A stretch of DNA of 64,000 bases from an uncultured Ignavibacteriota bacterium (GCA_903958625.1 CAJBTU010000072.1:4682-68681), one strand, 5' to 3'. Numbered from the stretch's first letter, positions 50,662 to 61,056 are shown. Notes: generated by a model from the letters alone, not told the origin. Numbers and translations are program-made.

Positions 50662-50922
50662 ATGAACGTCGTTAACATGAAACAATTTTCGGGCACAAAA
50701 AATTTGAAGGCGTTTTTTGATATTGAAACAACGGAGGGAATCACGATCAAAGGATTCAAGATCGCCGATGGTAAGAATGGCCTTTTTGTGGGGGTTCCTT
50801 CAGATCAGGATAAGACCGACAAAGGAAAGTATTGGGACAAGGTTTTGATGTCAAAAAAATTACGGGAAAAACTTACGGATATTGCGCTGGAGGAATATTC
50901 TAAGGTTGCGGCAGAAAAATAA
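50662..50922 (+). CDS. spoVG: SpoVG family protein
   Basis: IKGFKIADGKNGLFVGVPS...DKGKYWD matches the SpoVG core (IRVIDGNNGLFVAMPS...DGEFRD) as I recall it, 86 aa. Confidence 0.7.
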   Translation: MNVVNMKQFSGTKNLKAFFDIETTEGITIKGFKIADGKNGLFVGVPSDQDKTDKGKYWDKVLMSKKLREKLTDIALEEYSKVAAEK

Positions 50923-50943
50923 CCCGCGCCTGCTGCTGTCTGG

Positions 50944-50979
50944 AACAAAAAAACGTCCTCGCTGAGGACGTTTTATATT
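50944..50979. terminator. bidirectional rho-independent terminator
   Basis: AAAACGTCCTC-gct-GAGGACGTTTT flanked by an A-run upstream and a T-run downstream. Sits between convergent spoVG and the MFS transporter. Confidence 0.75.
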
Positions 50980-50997
50980 CTCCGATAACTTACCGCT

Positions 50998-52410
50998 TTA
51001 ATGCGACGCGGCAGCCGTTTCGTAGTCAATTCCTTGTGCTTTTAACACGGCCTTAGCTTTTATGGCAAAGAAAGCCAAATAGCCGAACAAGAAGATTGTG
51101 ATGATATATGATAGATGAATATTGTTAAACACATCGCTGATCCATCCCTGGAGCGGCGGAATAAGTGCTCCTCCAAGAATCATCATAATGAGGAATGTAG
51201 AGCCCTGGCTGGTATATTTTCCAAGTCCCGCAATAGAAAGAGAGAAGATGCACGGCCACATCACCGAGCAAAAAAGTCCGCCGCTGATAAATGCAAATAC
51301 TGCTATTTTTCCCGTTGTCAACATTCCGATAGACATTGCCGCCATACCAAGCAGAGAGAATACCAATAGGGTCTTCGCCGGTTTTTCCTGACCGATAAAA
51401 AATCCGACGATCTGAATGGCGATGACAAAAGCATAGACATAGAGATCGCTCACGTCGGTTCCGTTAAGAATATTCGCGCCGAGAACAACTCCAAACGCAA
51501 CATAAGGAACAATAACCGTTAAAATATTTTTCCACATTTTAGGAAGATTGAAAACGGTAATGGCGCCGGTCCATCGGCCAATCATTAAGCTTCCCCAGAA
51601 CAGCGAGATAAAGCGGGAAATCTCCGATTTATCATATCCGCCGAATTCGGGCAACTTCAAGAGCGCCCCCATGTTGCTCTGGATCGTTACTTCAACGCCG
51701 ACATAGACAAATATTCCGATCATGCCATACACGAGCTGCGGATACTTCAGTGCGCCTCGTCCCGGTTCGATGTGTTCATCCTGAACGATCTTTGGAAGAT
51801 TGGAAAAGATAAAGAACAGCGCTACGGCAATAAATAATCCTGCAAGGAACACATACATTTGATTGATCGATCCGATCTCAACCTGCACGTTTTTCGTCAG
51901 TCCTCCAAAAAGGAAATAGCTGACGATCAGCGGACCGATTGTCGTACCGAACGAGTTAACTCCGCCGGCCAGATTCAGGCGGTGAGCGCCCGTTTCGGGG
52001 TTGCCCAGCGCAATCGCAAACGGTTGTGCGCAGGTCTGCTGAAGAGAGAATCCGATCGCTATAAGAAAGAGCGAACTTAAGATGAGCCAATAGTTTCCAA
52101 TGTTCACTGCGCCGATCATCGCCAGCGCGCCGGCGGCGGAGACAAACAGACCGTACGCAATTCCCATTTTATAGCCGATCTTGTTCAGAAAATCTATTTT
52201 CATCAATCGCTCAATTAAATAGAGCGCCAGCGAACCGACGAAGTAGGCAAGATAAAATGCCAGGTCGATCAGCTGTGACTGGAATTGCGTTAAATTAAAG
52301 TGTTCTTTGCAGAACGGAATAAAAACGCCGTTGGATGCCGCCAAAAATCCCCAAAAGAAAAAAACGGTTATCAGGGTTCCAAACTGTGATTTTGTTGATG
52401 ATGTGCTCAT
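50998..52410 (-). CDS. MFS sugar:H+ symporter, FucP/GluP family
   Basis: 12-TM protein of 470 aa with FucP-like N-terminus (FFFWGFLAASNGVFIPFCKEHFNL). Confidence 0.7.
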   Translation of the reverse strand: MSTSSTKSQFGTLITVFFFWGFLAASNGVFIPFCKEHFNLTQFQSQLIDLAFYLAYFVGSLALYLIERLMKIDFLNKIGYKMGIAYGLFVSAAGALAMIGAVNIGNYWLILSSLFLIAIGFSLQQTCAQPFAIALGNPETGAHRLNLAGGVNSFGTTIGPLIVSYFLFGGLTKNVQVEIGSINQMYVFLAGLFIAVALFFIFSNLPKIVQDEHIEPGRGALKYPQLVYGMIGIFVYVGVEVTIQSNMGALLKLPEFGGYDKSEISRFISLFWGSLMIGRWTGAITVFNLPKMWKNILTVIVPYVAFGVVLGANILNGTDVSDLYVYAFVIAIQIVGFFIGQEKPAKTLLVFSLLGMAAMSIGMLTTGKIAVFAFISGGLFCSVMWPCIFSLSIAGLGKYTSQGSTFLIMMILGGALIPPLQGWISDVFNNIHLSYIITIFLFGYLAFFAIKAKAVLKAQGIDYETAAASH

Positions 52411-52611
52411 GGATGGTAATATGTTTTGTGAAATAAAATTTTTGGGTTTCGGACCGCTGTCCGCTGTGTTCGGCTAGAGTACGATATAAAACGAAAGAAT
52501 TCAACTATTATTATAAGGATACTTCGTTTGAAAGGAAAATTTTTTTCCGTACCTTTGTTCGTCGTGTAAGAGGAGCATGGTACTCCTCTTTTTTATTACC
52601 AGTCTAATCAT

Positions 52612-53463
52612 ATGGATATTGTTCAGGCGATCATACTCGGAATTATTCAAGGATTAACAGAGTTCCTTCCTATCAGCAGCACGGGACACCTGCGGATTAT
52701 TCCTGCGCTTTTGGGCTGGAACGATCCGGGGGCGGCCTTCACCGCCGTGATACAATTTGGAACGCTGGTTGCCGTGCTTTTGTATTTTAGAAAAGATATT
52801 GCCGCTATAATGGCCGCGGTCATTAAAGGAGTGTTGGACAGAAAACTCTTCCACAGCCGCGATGCTCAGTTGGGGTGGATGATCGGTGCGGGGACCATAC
52901 CGATCGTTTTTTTCGGCCTGCTGTTAAAACATCAAATTGAAACATCGTTCCGGTCACTGTATGTTATCAGCGCATCGTTCATTCTTCTTGCGGTCATGTT
53001 GATAATTGCTGAACATTTTACAAAAAAGAAAATTGCGCGGGGCGAGAAGTTGAAATCGCTGGACGATCTCTCCTGGAAAGAGATTATCGCCGTCTCCTTT
53101 TGGCAATGCGTTGCTCTTATCCCGGGTTCCTCCCGCTCCGGAACAACAATCACCGGTGGTCTATTCTCGGGTATGAGCAGGGAAACTGCGGCAAGGTTCT
53201 CATTCTTATTGTCGCTTCCATCGGTCTTTGCCGCCGGAATATTAGAGCTGGTAAAAGAACGGGAAGTATTGATGTCGTCGGACATAGGATTAATAAACCT
53301 GGCGGTCGCGACAGTCGTTTCGGGCGTCGTCGGTTATGCATCGATCGCTTTTCTTTTGAACTATTTGAAAACGCATACAACCTATTTGTTTATCGTTTAT
53401 AGAATCATTGTCGGTTTCGGCTTGCTGTATCTTTTGAATACGGGGTTGTTGTCGGCGGTATAA
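52612..53463 (+). CDS. uppP: undecaprenyl-diphosphate phosphatase
   Basis: MDIVQAIILGIIQGLTEFLPISSTGH and the second motif PGSSRSGTTI. Confidence 0.9.
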   Translation: MDIVQAIILGIIQGLTEFLPISSTGHLRIIPALLGWNDPGAAFTAVIQFGTLVAVLLYFRKDIAAIMAAVIKGVLDRKLFHSRDAQLGWMIGAGTIPIVFFGLLLKHQIETSFRSLYVISASFILLAVMLIIAEHFTKKKIARGEKLKSLDDLSWKEIIAVSFWQCVALIPGSSRSGTTITGGLFSGMSRETAARFSFLLSLPSVFAAGILELVKEREVLMSSDIGLINLAVATVVSGVVGYASIAFLLNYLKTHTTYLFIVYRIIVGFGLLYLLNTGLLSAV

Positions 53464-53499
53464 TTGTGCACTTAATTTTCTAAGGTAAGGATTTATCAC

Positions 53500-54126
53500 A
53501 TGGATGTTCTCTCGGATTTTTTTCATAAACTGTTGAATATTAAAGAACTTGTTAGCTGGGCCGGTTATCCGGGGCTAACGATGATCATTTTTTCCGAGAC
53601 CGGTCTGCTTGTGGGATTCTTTCTTCCCGGCGATTCCCTTTTGGTCACAGCGGGATTGTTCGCCGCCGCCGGATATTTTGATATTATGATATTGATCCCC
53701 CTGCTGCTGATGGCCGCGATAACGGGGAATGCCACGGGATATGCCATCGGGAAAAAAAGCGGACAGGCATTATATGCGCGGGAAGATTCTCGTTTCTTTA
53801 AGAAACAGCATCTTGTCAAAACAAAAGAGTTTTATGATAAATACGGTCCTTTCACTATTGTGATGGCTCAGTTCATGCCGTTCGCCAGAACATTTGCGCC
53901 CGTTGTTGCAGGAATTGCAGAAATGAAATACGTCAAGTTTGCCGCCTTCAATGTTATCGGCGCGATATTGTGGATTCCCGGAATGCTCTTAATCGGATAT
54001 TTTCTCGGTGCTACGATTCCGAATATCGACAAAAACATTCATTATGTGATATTCATTGTTGTATTCATTTCTCTTTTGCCCGGAATAGTAAAATATTTGC
54101 ATGTAAAGTACGGTAAGAAACCTTAG
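53500..54126 (+). CDS. DedA/SNARE-associated family membrane protein
   Basis: 208 aa with conserved G/D-rich loop and TM topology typical of DedA. Confidence 0.7.
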   Translation: MDVLSDFFHKLLNIKELVSWAGYPGLTMIIFSETGLLVGFFLPGDSLLVTAGLFAAAGYFDIMILIPLLLMAAITGNATGYAIGKKSGQALYAREDSRFFKKQHLVKTKEFYDKYGPFTIVMAQFMPFARTFAPVVAGIAEMKYVKFAAFNVIGAILWIPGMLLIGYFLGATIPNIDKNIHYVIFIVVFISLLPGIVKYLHVKYGKKP

Positions 54127-54194
54127 GTGCATTGTTCGGCGCTTGCGCGGCCGTTTCTGTGCTGCGGAAAAAATCTTTTCTATCTTTGCGTGAG

Positions 54195-55421
54195 ATGAAA
54201 CACTCCCCCCGTATCCGATTTGCCGTGGACCCAATCTTCAAGGAAGAGCTGGAAAAACTGCCGTGGAGCATTCCTGTTGCCGATTGGCACCGCCGTGGTG
54301 TGAACATGTTGAGTGTGAAGCGCGGTATCTCGCGCCACGAGGTGGTCTTTGTTAATACGGGAAGATTTTCTTTTTGTATCAAAGAGATCAGCGAAGAGGT
54401 TTCAAAGAAAGAGGTTTGGCATTACGAACAACTTCTTTTGCTTGGCTTACATACTCTGGTGCCTGCCGGTTATATTGTAAGGGAAGAAGAACCGTTCGCC
54501 ATTACCACCCCCGTCGGTATTCAATATCAAGACAATTTTATTTCGCATACCATCACCGTTCTGGTCAACAATGTGCTGCCGGACTCTTTGCTCTATTCAA
54601 GAAACTTCCGTTCAGAAACTCGCCGGAAAATCTGGGATGCAATCATCCGTTTATTTGTTCAATTACACAGCAATGGTATTTACTGGGGCGACGCTTCGCT
54701 GGCAAACACGCTTATAAAATTCGAAAAGCAGATGGTACCGTTTGTCGGACCTCGAACCATCCTTATCGCATATCTTTCTGATGCAGAAACGATAGAGATC
54801 CGTCCGCTGCTTTCAAGCTCAATGCGCGAAGAGGATCTGAAATTTTTCTATGAATCAATGGACTGGATCAACGAAGACCTTCGAAAAGCCGGGATCGTCC
54901 GCAACGATGCAGACATGGAAGAAGATAAGGCCTACATCGGAGGGCGGTATGCGCTGCTGTACGACGTTGAAATGAAAAAGAAAAAATTTGAACTGCAGAC
55001 GTCGTTCAGCATTGACCTGTTTCTCGGCAGCATTTTCAATCCTGAATACGTTGATCAGTTCTTACAACACATTGAAGAGCATAAGTGGTATATGAGTGAG
55101 CGGTTAAAAGAGGATGTTTCTCTCTCCACCGCGACGCGCGATTGGTATGAAACGATCTTTGTTCCTGTTTGCGAATTGTTCCGTTCGGAGCACATTCTTG
55201 AACTATTCAGGGGAAAAACCGCTGCGGAACTGTATATCGAAATTATGAACAATAAATATTATCTGAGCGAATTCGCCGGAAAGGATGTCGGGATGATTGC
55301 GGCAATGAATGATTACGCCATAAAATTCGGAGCCGCCGAGCACAATAAAACCTTGCTGGCGCATCTCACCGAGAGCATGATGAAGATCCTGGGAAGGAAA
55401 GAGGCGATGCTTCTCAGCTAA
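54195..55421 (+). CDS. protein-kinase-like fold protein (Kdo/LPS-kinase-like, DUF4032-like; possibly a pseudokinase)
   Basis: LHSNGIYWGDASLANTLI resembles the HGD...N catalytic loop of Kdo-type kinases, but with W for H. Start moved to MKHSPRIRF because the longer ORF abuts the dedA stop. Confidence 0.45.
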   Translation: MKHSPRIRFAVDPIFKEELEKLPWSIPVADWHRRGVNMLSVKRGISRHEVVFVNTGRFSFCIKEISEEVSKKEVWHYEQLLLLGLHTLVPAGYIVREEEPFAITTPVGIQYQDNFISHTITVLVNNVLPDSLLYSRNFRSETRRKIWDAIIRLFVQLHSNGIYWGDASLANTLIKFEKQMVPFVGPRTILIAYLSDAETIEIRPLLSSSMREEDLKFFYESMDWINEDLRKAGIVRNDADMEEDKAYIGGRYALLYDVEMKKKKFELQTSFSIDLFLGSIFNPEYVDQFLQHIEEHKWYMSERLKEDVSLSTATRDWYETIFVPVCELFRSEHILELFRGKTAAELYIEIMNNKYYLSEFAGKDVGMIAAMNDYAIKFGAAEHNKTLLAHLTESMMKILGRKEAMLLS

Positions 55422-55475
55422 GCGTTGATTATATTGTTTTTGTTTTGCCAAACTTTGTATAGAAGGGAATCCGTT

Positions 55476-55733
55476 ATGACCACTGTGGCCGCATCATCCG
55501 TTAAACTGTCCGATCCTGCTTCGCTGGAAAAGATCGCGTACGATAGCGTCAAATCAATCCCGACAAAAGAACCGAACGATCAGTATCGTCTCGGATATCA
55601 CGTCTGGAATTATTTAAAAGACAAAAAGGGAACACTCGCCGATGCGGTAAAACAATCGGGCGCCCGAATTTTGATCTCCGAAAAAGAGGCTGTTGCCGTC
55701 ATTGAAGCAGCATTACAAAAATCCACCGATTAG
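55476..55733 (+). CDS. hypothetical small protein
   Basis: ORF of ~85 aa (MTTVAASSVKL...) with no recognised motif. Tandem with the kinase-like gene. Confidence 0.35.
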   Translation: MTTVAASSVKLSDPASLEKIAYDSVKSIPTKEPNDQYRLGYHVWNYLKDKKGTLADAVKQSGARILISEKEAVAVIEAALQKSTD

Positions 55734-55787
55734 TTTATCCTCCGAAAAGATTCCCGCCGGGCGCGCGGGACAAGAGAAACGTTTTCG

Positions 55788-56384
55788 ATGAAAGAAATCT
55801 GGAAAATACTGAACGATCTGATTATGGCATTCATCCCGCTTTTTGTGGCGATTGATGTGCCGGGACTTGTTCCGCTGTTCCTGTCGCTGACCGAAGGGAT
55901 GACGCTAAAAGCAAAGCGTCAGCTGATCATTGAGGCAACAATGACGGCCGGTGCGGTTGCGCTTGTGTTCCTCATCCTCGGTAAAGTGATCTTCAAATTC
56001 CTCGGCATTACCGAAAACGATTTCCGTATCGGCGGCGGCATTGTTCTTATCGTGCTTGCGGTGACCGATCTTCTTTTTTCCAGCGACGAACGGAAGAATA
56101 CCAATACATCGGTTGGCGTCGTGCCGATCGGCATCCCGCTGGTAATGGGGCCCGGGGCGCTGACGGCGATCATTATTATTGTTGATGCGTACGGTTATTG
56201 GATTTCGATGGTCTCGCTTCTCCTTAATTTGATTATTGTCTGGCTGATCTTCCGCCACTCCGATCTTGTGATTCGGGTGATGGGAGAGGGCGGCACAAAG
56301 GCGTTTGCAAAGGTTGCTGCACTTTTTATGGTTGCCATCGCCGTAATGATGATTCGCGTCGGCATTCAAAATATTCTCAAATAA
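55788..56384 (+). CDS. marC: MarC-family (UPF0056/NAAT) integral membrane protein
   Basis: 198 aa, 6 TM, family-typical N-terminus AFIPLFVAIDVPG. Confidence 0.75.
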   Translation: MKEIWKILNDLIMAFIPLFVAIDVPGLVPLFLSLTEGMTLKAKRQLIIEATMTAGAVALVFLILGKVIFKFLGITENDFRIGGGIVLIVLAVTDLLFSSDERKNTNTSVGVVPIGIPLVMGPGALTAIIIIVDAYGYWISMVSLLLNLIIVWLIFRHSDLVIRVMGEGGTKAFAKVAALFMVAIAVMMIRVGIQNILK

Positions 56385-56393
56385 TAGATCATC

Positions 56394-57314
56394 ATGTCCC
56401 CCGATTATCAATCCGTTCTCGAAGCAATACAAAATGAAGTGGTTCCTCTTCGCCGGACCGGGGCGGTAGCGAACTACATTCCCGAGCTTGCAAAAGTCAA
56501 TCCGGATAAATTCGGGATGCATCTGCAGACAATTGACGGTCAAGGATTTTCTGTCGGCGACAGCGGCGAAAGTTTTTCCATCCAAAGTATCTCGAAGGTC
56601 TTTGCGCTGGCCATGGTTGTCTCTTGTGTCGGCGAAAAGATCTTTGACCGCGTTGGTGTCGAACCATCGGGCAGCTCGTTCAATTCTCTTGTGCAGCTGG
56701 AGTATGAAAAGGGGATTCCGAGAAATCCGCTGATCAATGCCGGGGCGATGGTCGTCTGCGACGTGCTGATCGAACAACTGCAAAAACCGAAAAAAGAAAT
56801 TCTCGACTTCATCCGGATCCTGGCGAACAATAAAAAGATATGTTACAACGAAAATGTCGCTGCATCGGAAAATAAATTCGGTTTCCGTAACGCTGCGCTG
56901 GCAAATTTCCTGAAATCGTTCGGCAACATTCATAACAATGTGAATGATGTGCTGGATCTTTATTTCCACATTTGTTCAATAGAAATGTCGTGCAAAGATC
57001 TTGCGGCGGCGTTTCTGCTGTTCGCCAACCACGGAAAAGTAATTTCCGCCGACAAAGCGCTGCTGACCAAAAGCCAGACAAAGCGGTTGAATGCGGTGAT
57101 GCAAACGTGCGGTTTTTATGATGAGGCCGGTGAGTTTTCGTTTACTGTCGGCTTGCCGGGAAAGAGCGGGGTCGGCGGCGGTATTGTTGCCCTGCATCCG
57201 CACCGGTACGCCGTGGCAACGTGGGGTCCGCGATTGAATGCCCGGGGAAATTCCGTGATGGGAATGAGGGCTCTTGAATTGCTGACGACGAAACTCGGCA
57301 CATCAATCTTTTAA
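56394..57314 (+). CDS. glsA: glutaminase A
   Basis: Serine beta-lactamase-like glutaminase with SISKVF catalytic Ser-x-x-Lys, 306 aa. Confidence 0.85.
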   Translation: MSPDYQSVLEAIQNEVVPLRRTGAVANYIPELAKVNPDKFGMHLQTIDGQGFSVGDSGESFSIQSISKVFALAMVVSCVGEKIFDRVGVEPSGSSFNSLVQLEYEKGIPRNPLINAGAMVVCDVLIEQLQKPKKEILDFIRILANNKKICYNENVAASENKFGFRNAALANFLKSFGNIHNNVNDVLDLYFHICSIEMSCKDLAAAFLLFANHGKVISADKALLTKSQTKRLNAVMQTCGFYDEAGEFSFTVGLPGKSGVGGGIVALHPHRYAVATWGPRLNARGNSVMGMRALELLTTKLGTSIF

Positions 57315-57336
57315 TAAATCTTTTTTTGCGCGCTCG

Positions 57337-58017
57337 TTGTTCGCCTTTGACACCATTGTCCGGCCATTAAGGATGTCGGGATATTTTTTAAGGATTCCTA
57401 TGCTTCGTTCCATTTTTCATCCTGCAACCAAAACAGCAGAAAATAATTCAACGCTCATTATGCTTCACGGAAGAGGTTCTGACGAACACGATTTGTTCGG
57501 GTTAAAAGAATCTCTCGATCCCCGGTTGAACATTTATTCGCTCCGCGCTCCCTTCGAGTTTGAGTGGGGCGGTTACGCGTGGTTCGATATGTCCGAAGAT
57601 GGATCTGTGGATGAGAAAAGTTTTCTTCAAAGTAAAGCGGAGATTCTTGCGTTCATCGAGACCATAAAGACGGACAGGCTCTTCCTGCTGGGGTTCAGCA
57701 TGGGGGCGATCATGTCGTATTCCCTCGCGCTGACAACGCCAACTCTTTGCAATGGAATTCTCGCTCTAAGCGGATTCGCTCCAAAACAATTGGAAACAGA
57801 ATACCGGTTGAGCGAACTGGAGAACCTGAACATCTTTATTTCGCACGGTATCAACGATCAGGTGATACCCGTTTCCGCCGCACGAAAGACCAGGGCGTTG
57901 CTCTCCGCTTCTAACGCACAGATTACCTACAACGAATATCAGATGGCACACCAGATTAACAATGAGTGCCTGATAGATGCCGGGTCCTGGTTGGGGAAAT
58001 TGCTGGATCAACCTTGA
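57337..58017 (+). CDS. alpha/beta hydrolase, phospholipase/carboxylesterase family
   Basis: GFSMG nucleophile elbow and IMLHGRGSDEHDL. Start possibly at 57400. Confidence 0.7.
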   Translation: MFAFDTIVRPLRMSGYFLRIPMLRSIFHPATKTAENNSTLIMLHGRGSDEHDLFGLKESLDPRLNIYSLRAPFEFEWGGYAWFDMSEDGSVDEKSFLQSKAEILAFIETIKTDRLFLLGFSMGAIMSYSLALTTPTLCNGILALSGFAPKQLETEYRLSELENLNIFISHGINDQVIPVSAARKTRALLSASNAQITYNEYQMAHQINNECLIDAGSWLGKLLDQP

Positions 58018-58096
58018 GCGCATAAAGACGTTTGTCTGTTTTAAAAAAGGAATAGAAAAATCATTCAGATGGAAACATGTTGTTTCCGTGAAAACA

Positions 58097-58127
58097 AAAA
58101 TCCCCAAGCATTCTTCTTGGGGATTTT
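58097..58127. terminator. bidirectional rho-independent terminator
   Basis: AAAATCCCCAAG-cattctt-CTTGGGGATTTT with T-runs on both strands. Sits between the convergent esterase and yidC. Confidence 0.75.
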
Positions 58128-58150
58128 TGTTTCTTCGATTTTTTGATTTG

Positions 58151-59950
58151 CTATTTCTTCGGGAGCTTCTGCTGCATGCGCTCCATAAATCCGGGCTTGC
58201 GTTTGTTTTCGGGAATCTTTTGCAGCGGCTCATCCTTATGGCGCTGATTGAAATACCATTGCTGGCTGATGGACAAAAGATTGAAGACAAAATAATACAG
58301 GTTCAATCCGGACGGAAAGTGATTAAACATTACCGTCATCATGATCGGCATCATCCAGACCATTGCTTTTTGCGTCGGGTCGGTAACGGTCTGTTTTTGC
58401 TGAACAAACATTGTAATACCCATTGCCAGCGTCAGGCCGCTGATGAAATTTCCGAGCAGCGGAATGGTAAACGGAAGCGCAACAAGAACATCGGGAACCG
58501 AAAGATCGGTGATCCATAATATGAACGGTTGCTGGCGCAATTCGATCGAGGCGCTGAAAAGAGCGTACAGGGCATACAGAATGGGCAGCTGAAGCAGCAG
58601 CGGCAGGCATCCCCCCGCCGGATTCACACCATAATCTTTGTACAGCTTCATGGTCTGTATGTTGAGTTGTTGAGCGTCGCTTTTATACTTTTCACGAATT
58701 TCCTGCATCAACGGCTGCAGTTTCTGCATTTTCCGCATCGATTTCATGCTCGATCTTGTTAATGGCTGCAACGCTGTTTTTATGATGATGGAAAAGATGA
58801 TGATGACCAATCCGTAGTTCGAGATCAGCGAGTGGAGAAGCCGGAACAGCGGAATGAAAATATATTCTGTGATTGGACGGATCCACGACCAGCCGAGAGA
58901 CATAATTTGGTCGAGTCCGCGGTTATAGCTTTTGATCGTTGAAAATTCCAGGGGGCCGATATATGTCGAAATTTTTGCTGTTTCGACCGCCGAGTTTTTA
59001 AACGGATATTTTAGTGCAATCGCATATTTTTCCACCGCTCCACCCTCGGCGGCCTCGACATATTGTCCTTCTAAATATGAACCGGTCGCTTTTTTGTCCT
59101 GCGAAAGAAGCGCAACAGCAAAATACTTGTTCCGCAAAGCAACCCACTCCGTTTGTCCGGAAGGATCTTCTTTGGGATTATCGCCGGCAGATTTTGCGTT
59201 TACTTCTTTTAATTCTCCCCCGCCGTAGGTATATGCCGCGGCTGAATTGGATTCGTCGACGCTGTTAAACTCGGTGTATTTTATGCCGTATTCCCAAAGT
59301 ATTTGATACTCGTAGTTGGCAATTACGTTTTGCATTCCCTCGAATGAAAAATCGGCGTCGAAATCATACGCTTGATTCTTGAACGTCAGTTTTTTTACAA
59401 GTTTTCCTTCGCTGCCGTTCAAAACGAATTCCACAACATACTGGTCATCGTTCGAGAGAACAACTTTTCCTCCGATCGGAATCGGTGCCGCAAAGAAAAG
59501 ATTCTTTGTGTTGATCATTCTTCCGTCGGTGGTCGTGAATAAAACGCTGAAATCACCCTTTGCATCGTTCACCAGCTGCACGGGGTGGTTATCCCACGTT
59601 TTATGTTTTTTCAGCGTCCACTGCTTTATCGCTCCGCCTTTAGTGGACAGTTCGGCGATGTAATTCTCGGTTTCAATCGTGAAGATCTGTTCCTTGCCGA
59701 TCTCTGTTCCGCTGAAATATTTTCCCAGGCTGTCGCTGAATTGTTGGGCCTGCTTTGGTGCCTGCGGAAGAGGCTGGTTCAATGAAATATCTTTTTTCGA
59801 ATACTCTGTTTTTTTTGCAGAGTCGTTCGCAGATTGTTCCGCCCTCTGTGGTGTTTGCTGTTGCGGCTGGCGTTGCGGTGAAGTAAAATACATCCACGCC
59901 ATAAGCACGGCTGCGATCAGAACAAATCCAAGCGTTTCTTGTCTTCCCAT
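58151..59950 (-). CDS. yidC: membrane protein insertase YidC (long Bacteroidetes-type periplasmic domain)
   Basis: 599 aa, N-terminal TM, large periplasmic region, conserved C-terminal 5-TM core. Confidence 0.9.
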   Translation of the reverse strand: MGRQETLGFVLIAAVLMAWMYFTSPQRQPQQQTPQRAEQSANDSAKKTEYSKKDISLNQPLPQAPKQAQQFSDSLGKYFSGTEIGKEQIFTIETENYIAELSTKGGAIKQWTLKKHKTWDNHPVQLVNDAKGDFSVLFTTTDGRMINTKNLFFAAPIPIGGKVVLSNDDQYVVEFVLNGSEGKLVKKLTFKNQAYDFDADFSFEGMQNVIANYEYQILWEYGIKYTEFNSVDESNSAAAYTYGGGELKEVNAKSAGDNPKEDPSGQTEWVALRNKYFAVALLSQDKKATGSYLEGQYVEAAEGGAVEKYAIALKYPFKNSAVETAKISTYIGPLEFSTIKSYNRGLDQIMSLGWSWIRPITEYIFIPLFRLLHSLISNYGLVIIIFSIIIKTALQPLTRSSMKSMRKMQKLQPLMQEIREKYKSDAQQLNIQTMKLYKDYGVNPAGGCLPLLLQLPILYALYALFSASIELRQQPFILWITDLSVPDVLVALPFTIPLLGNFISGLTLAMGITMFVQQKQTVTDPTQKAMVWMMPIMMTVMFNHFPSGLNLYYFVFNLLSISQQWYFNQRHKDEPLQKIPENKRKPGFMERMQQKLPKK

Positions 59951-59954
59951 AATA

Positions 59955-60197
59955 TTAGTGTTGTCGTTTCGTCAATGAAAATTGTTCCGGAACGGGATCA
60001 TAGCCTCCTTCGTGATACGGATGACACTTACAGATCCGTTTCACGCCAAGCAGCGATCCTTTGAGCGCTCCGTGCTTTTGTATGCATTCTCGTGTGTAGG
60101 TAGAGCAGGTTGGAAAAAACCGGCATGAGTTTGCCGGCAGAAACGGCGAGATCACCATCTGATATACGCGGATCAAAAAAACAAAAATATGTTTCAT
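59955..60197 (-). CDS. yidD: membrane protein insertion efficiency factor YidD
   Basis: [28 protein letters not shown], 80 aa. Confidence 0.85.
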   Translation of the reverse strand: MKHIFVFLIRVYQMVISPFLPANSCRFFPTCSTYTRECIQKHGALKGSLLGVKRICKCHPYHEGGYDPVPEQFSLTKRQH

Positions 60198-60580
60198 AGC
60201 GATTTCAGAATTTGTTGCTGTATGTCAAGCCACGCCGAATCCATGTCGCGCAGCGTCAGGCGCCTGATCGGTTTGTTTTTCTCCCCCTTAAACATCAGAA
60301 CGATCTTTGCGCCGATGTTTTTTTTTCGGGCGGCAGAAGAGATCTCTGCAAAGGTTCTTCGCGCCGATTCGCGCATCAGTCGTTTTATCCTGTTGCGGTC
60401 TGCGGCCAAAGGAACCCTTTTTTTGGGGACGGAAAATCCGATCGTTATCTTCCCGTCCTTCGCATCAGTCAAAAGAAATCCTGTCAGCAATGTTCCTTGG
60501 AACGAAACTCCGCCGGTGATGACATTGGTGAACGATTGGTATCCGCGAAGGATGATTGATTTGGGAAGTGTCTGTCGCAC
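60194..60580 (-). CDS. rnpA: ribonuclease P protein component
   Basis: 128 aa basic protein with RNR-like motif ([12 protein letters not shown]). 4-nt overlap with yidD. Confidence 0.85.
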   Translation of the reverse strand: MRQTLPKSIILRGYQSFTNVITGGVSFQGTLLTGFLLTDAKDGKITIGFSVPKKRVPLAADRNRIKRLMRESARRTFAEISSAARKKNIGAKIVLMFKGEKNKPIRRLTLRDMDSAWLDIQQQILKSL

Positions 60581-60639
60581 TCACACCGCCGCTTCCTGAT
60601 TTGAGAGAGGAGAGAAGCACAGACGCAAACAACGCCGCG

Positions 60640-60792
60640 TTATGAACGCGGTTCGTCGCTTACGGTCAATTTGTGTCGCCCTTTAGCGCGGCGGCTTGAT
60701 AAAACTTTGCGTCCGTTTTTTGTCGCCATGCGCTCGCGAAATCCGTGTGTGTTCCTGCGTTTGCGTTTGTGCGGTTGAAATGTTCGTTTCAT
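60640..60792 (-). CDS. rpmH: 50S ribosomal protein L34
   Basis: [44 protein letters not shown]. The annotated longer ORF start is rejected. Confidence 0.9.
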   Translation of the reverse strand: MKRTFQPHKRKRRNTHGFRERMATKNGRKVLSSRRAKGRHKLTVSDEPRS

Positions 60793-61036
60793 TATTTCTC
60801 CAGGTGAATAAAATCTGTACAATTTACGAAAACAACGAAGGACAAACAAGATAAATTTATGCGCTACAACGATGTTTCTGTCTTTGTTCAAACAACGCAG
60901 AGCCCATTCTGTTTTTTCCTGAATATTTTCGATCTTTCTTTGGCTTGTTTCCGTATTTATTTATTTTTTCAAAATTTTTCTTGACTTCTCTCCAACAAAT
61001 GCAATATTATGTATAGAAAGATGGGGAGGGTTGCCG

Positions 61037-61056
61037 TGTGGAAAAAATGTGGATAA
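61037..61056. promoter_or_regulatory. tandem DnaA boxes upstream of dnaA
   Basis: TGTGGAAAA (61037-61045, 1 mismatch) and TGTGGATAA (61048-61056, perfect reverse complement of TTATCCACA). A further 1-mismatch box TGTGAATAA lies at 61251-61259. AT-rich stretch at 60960-61020. Confidence 0.6.
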
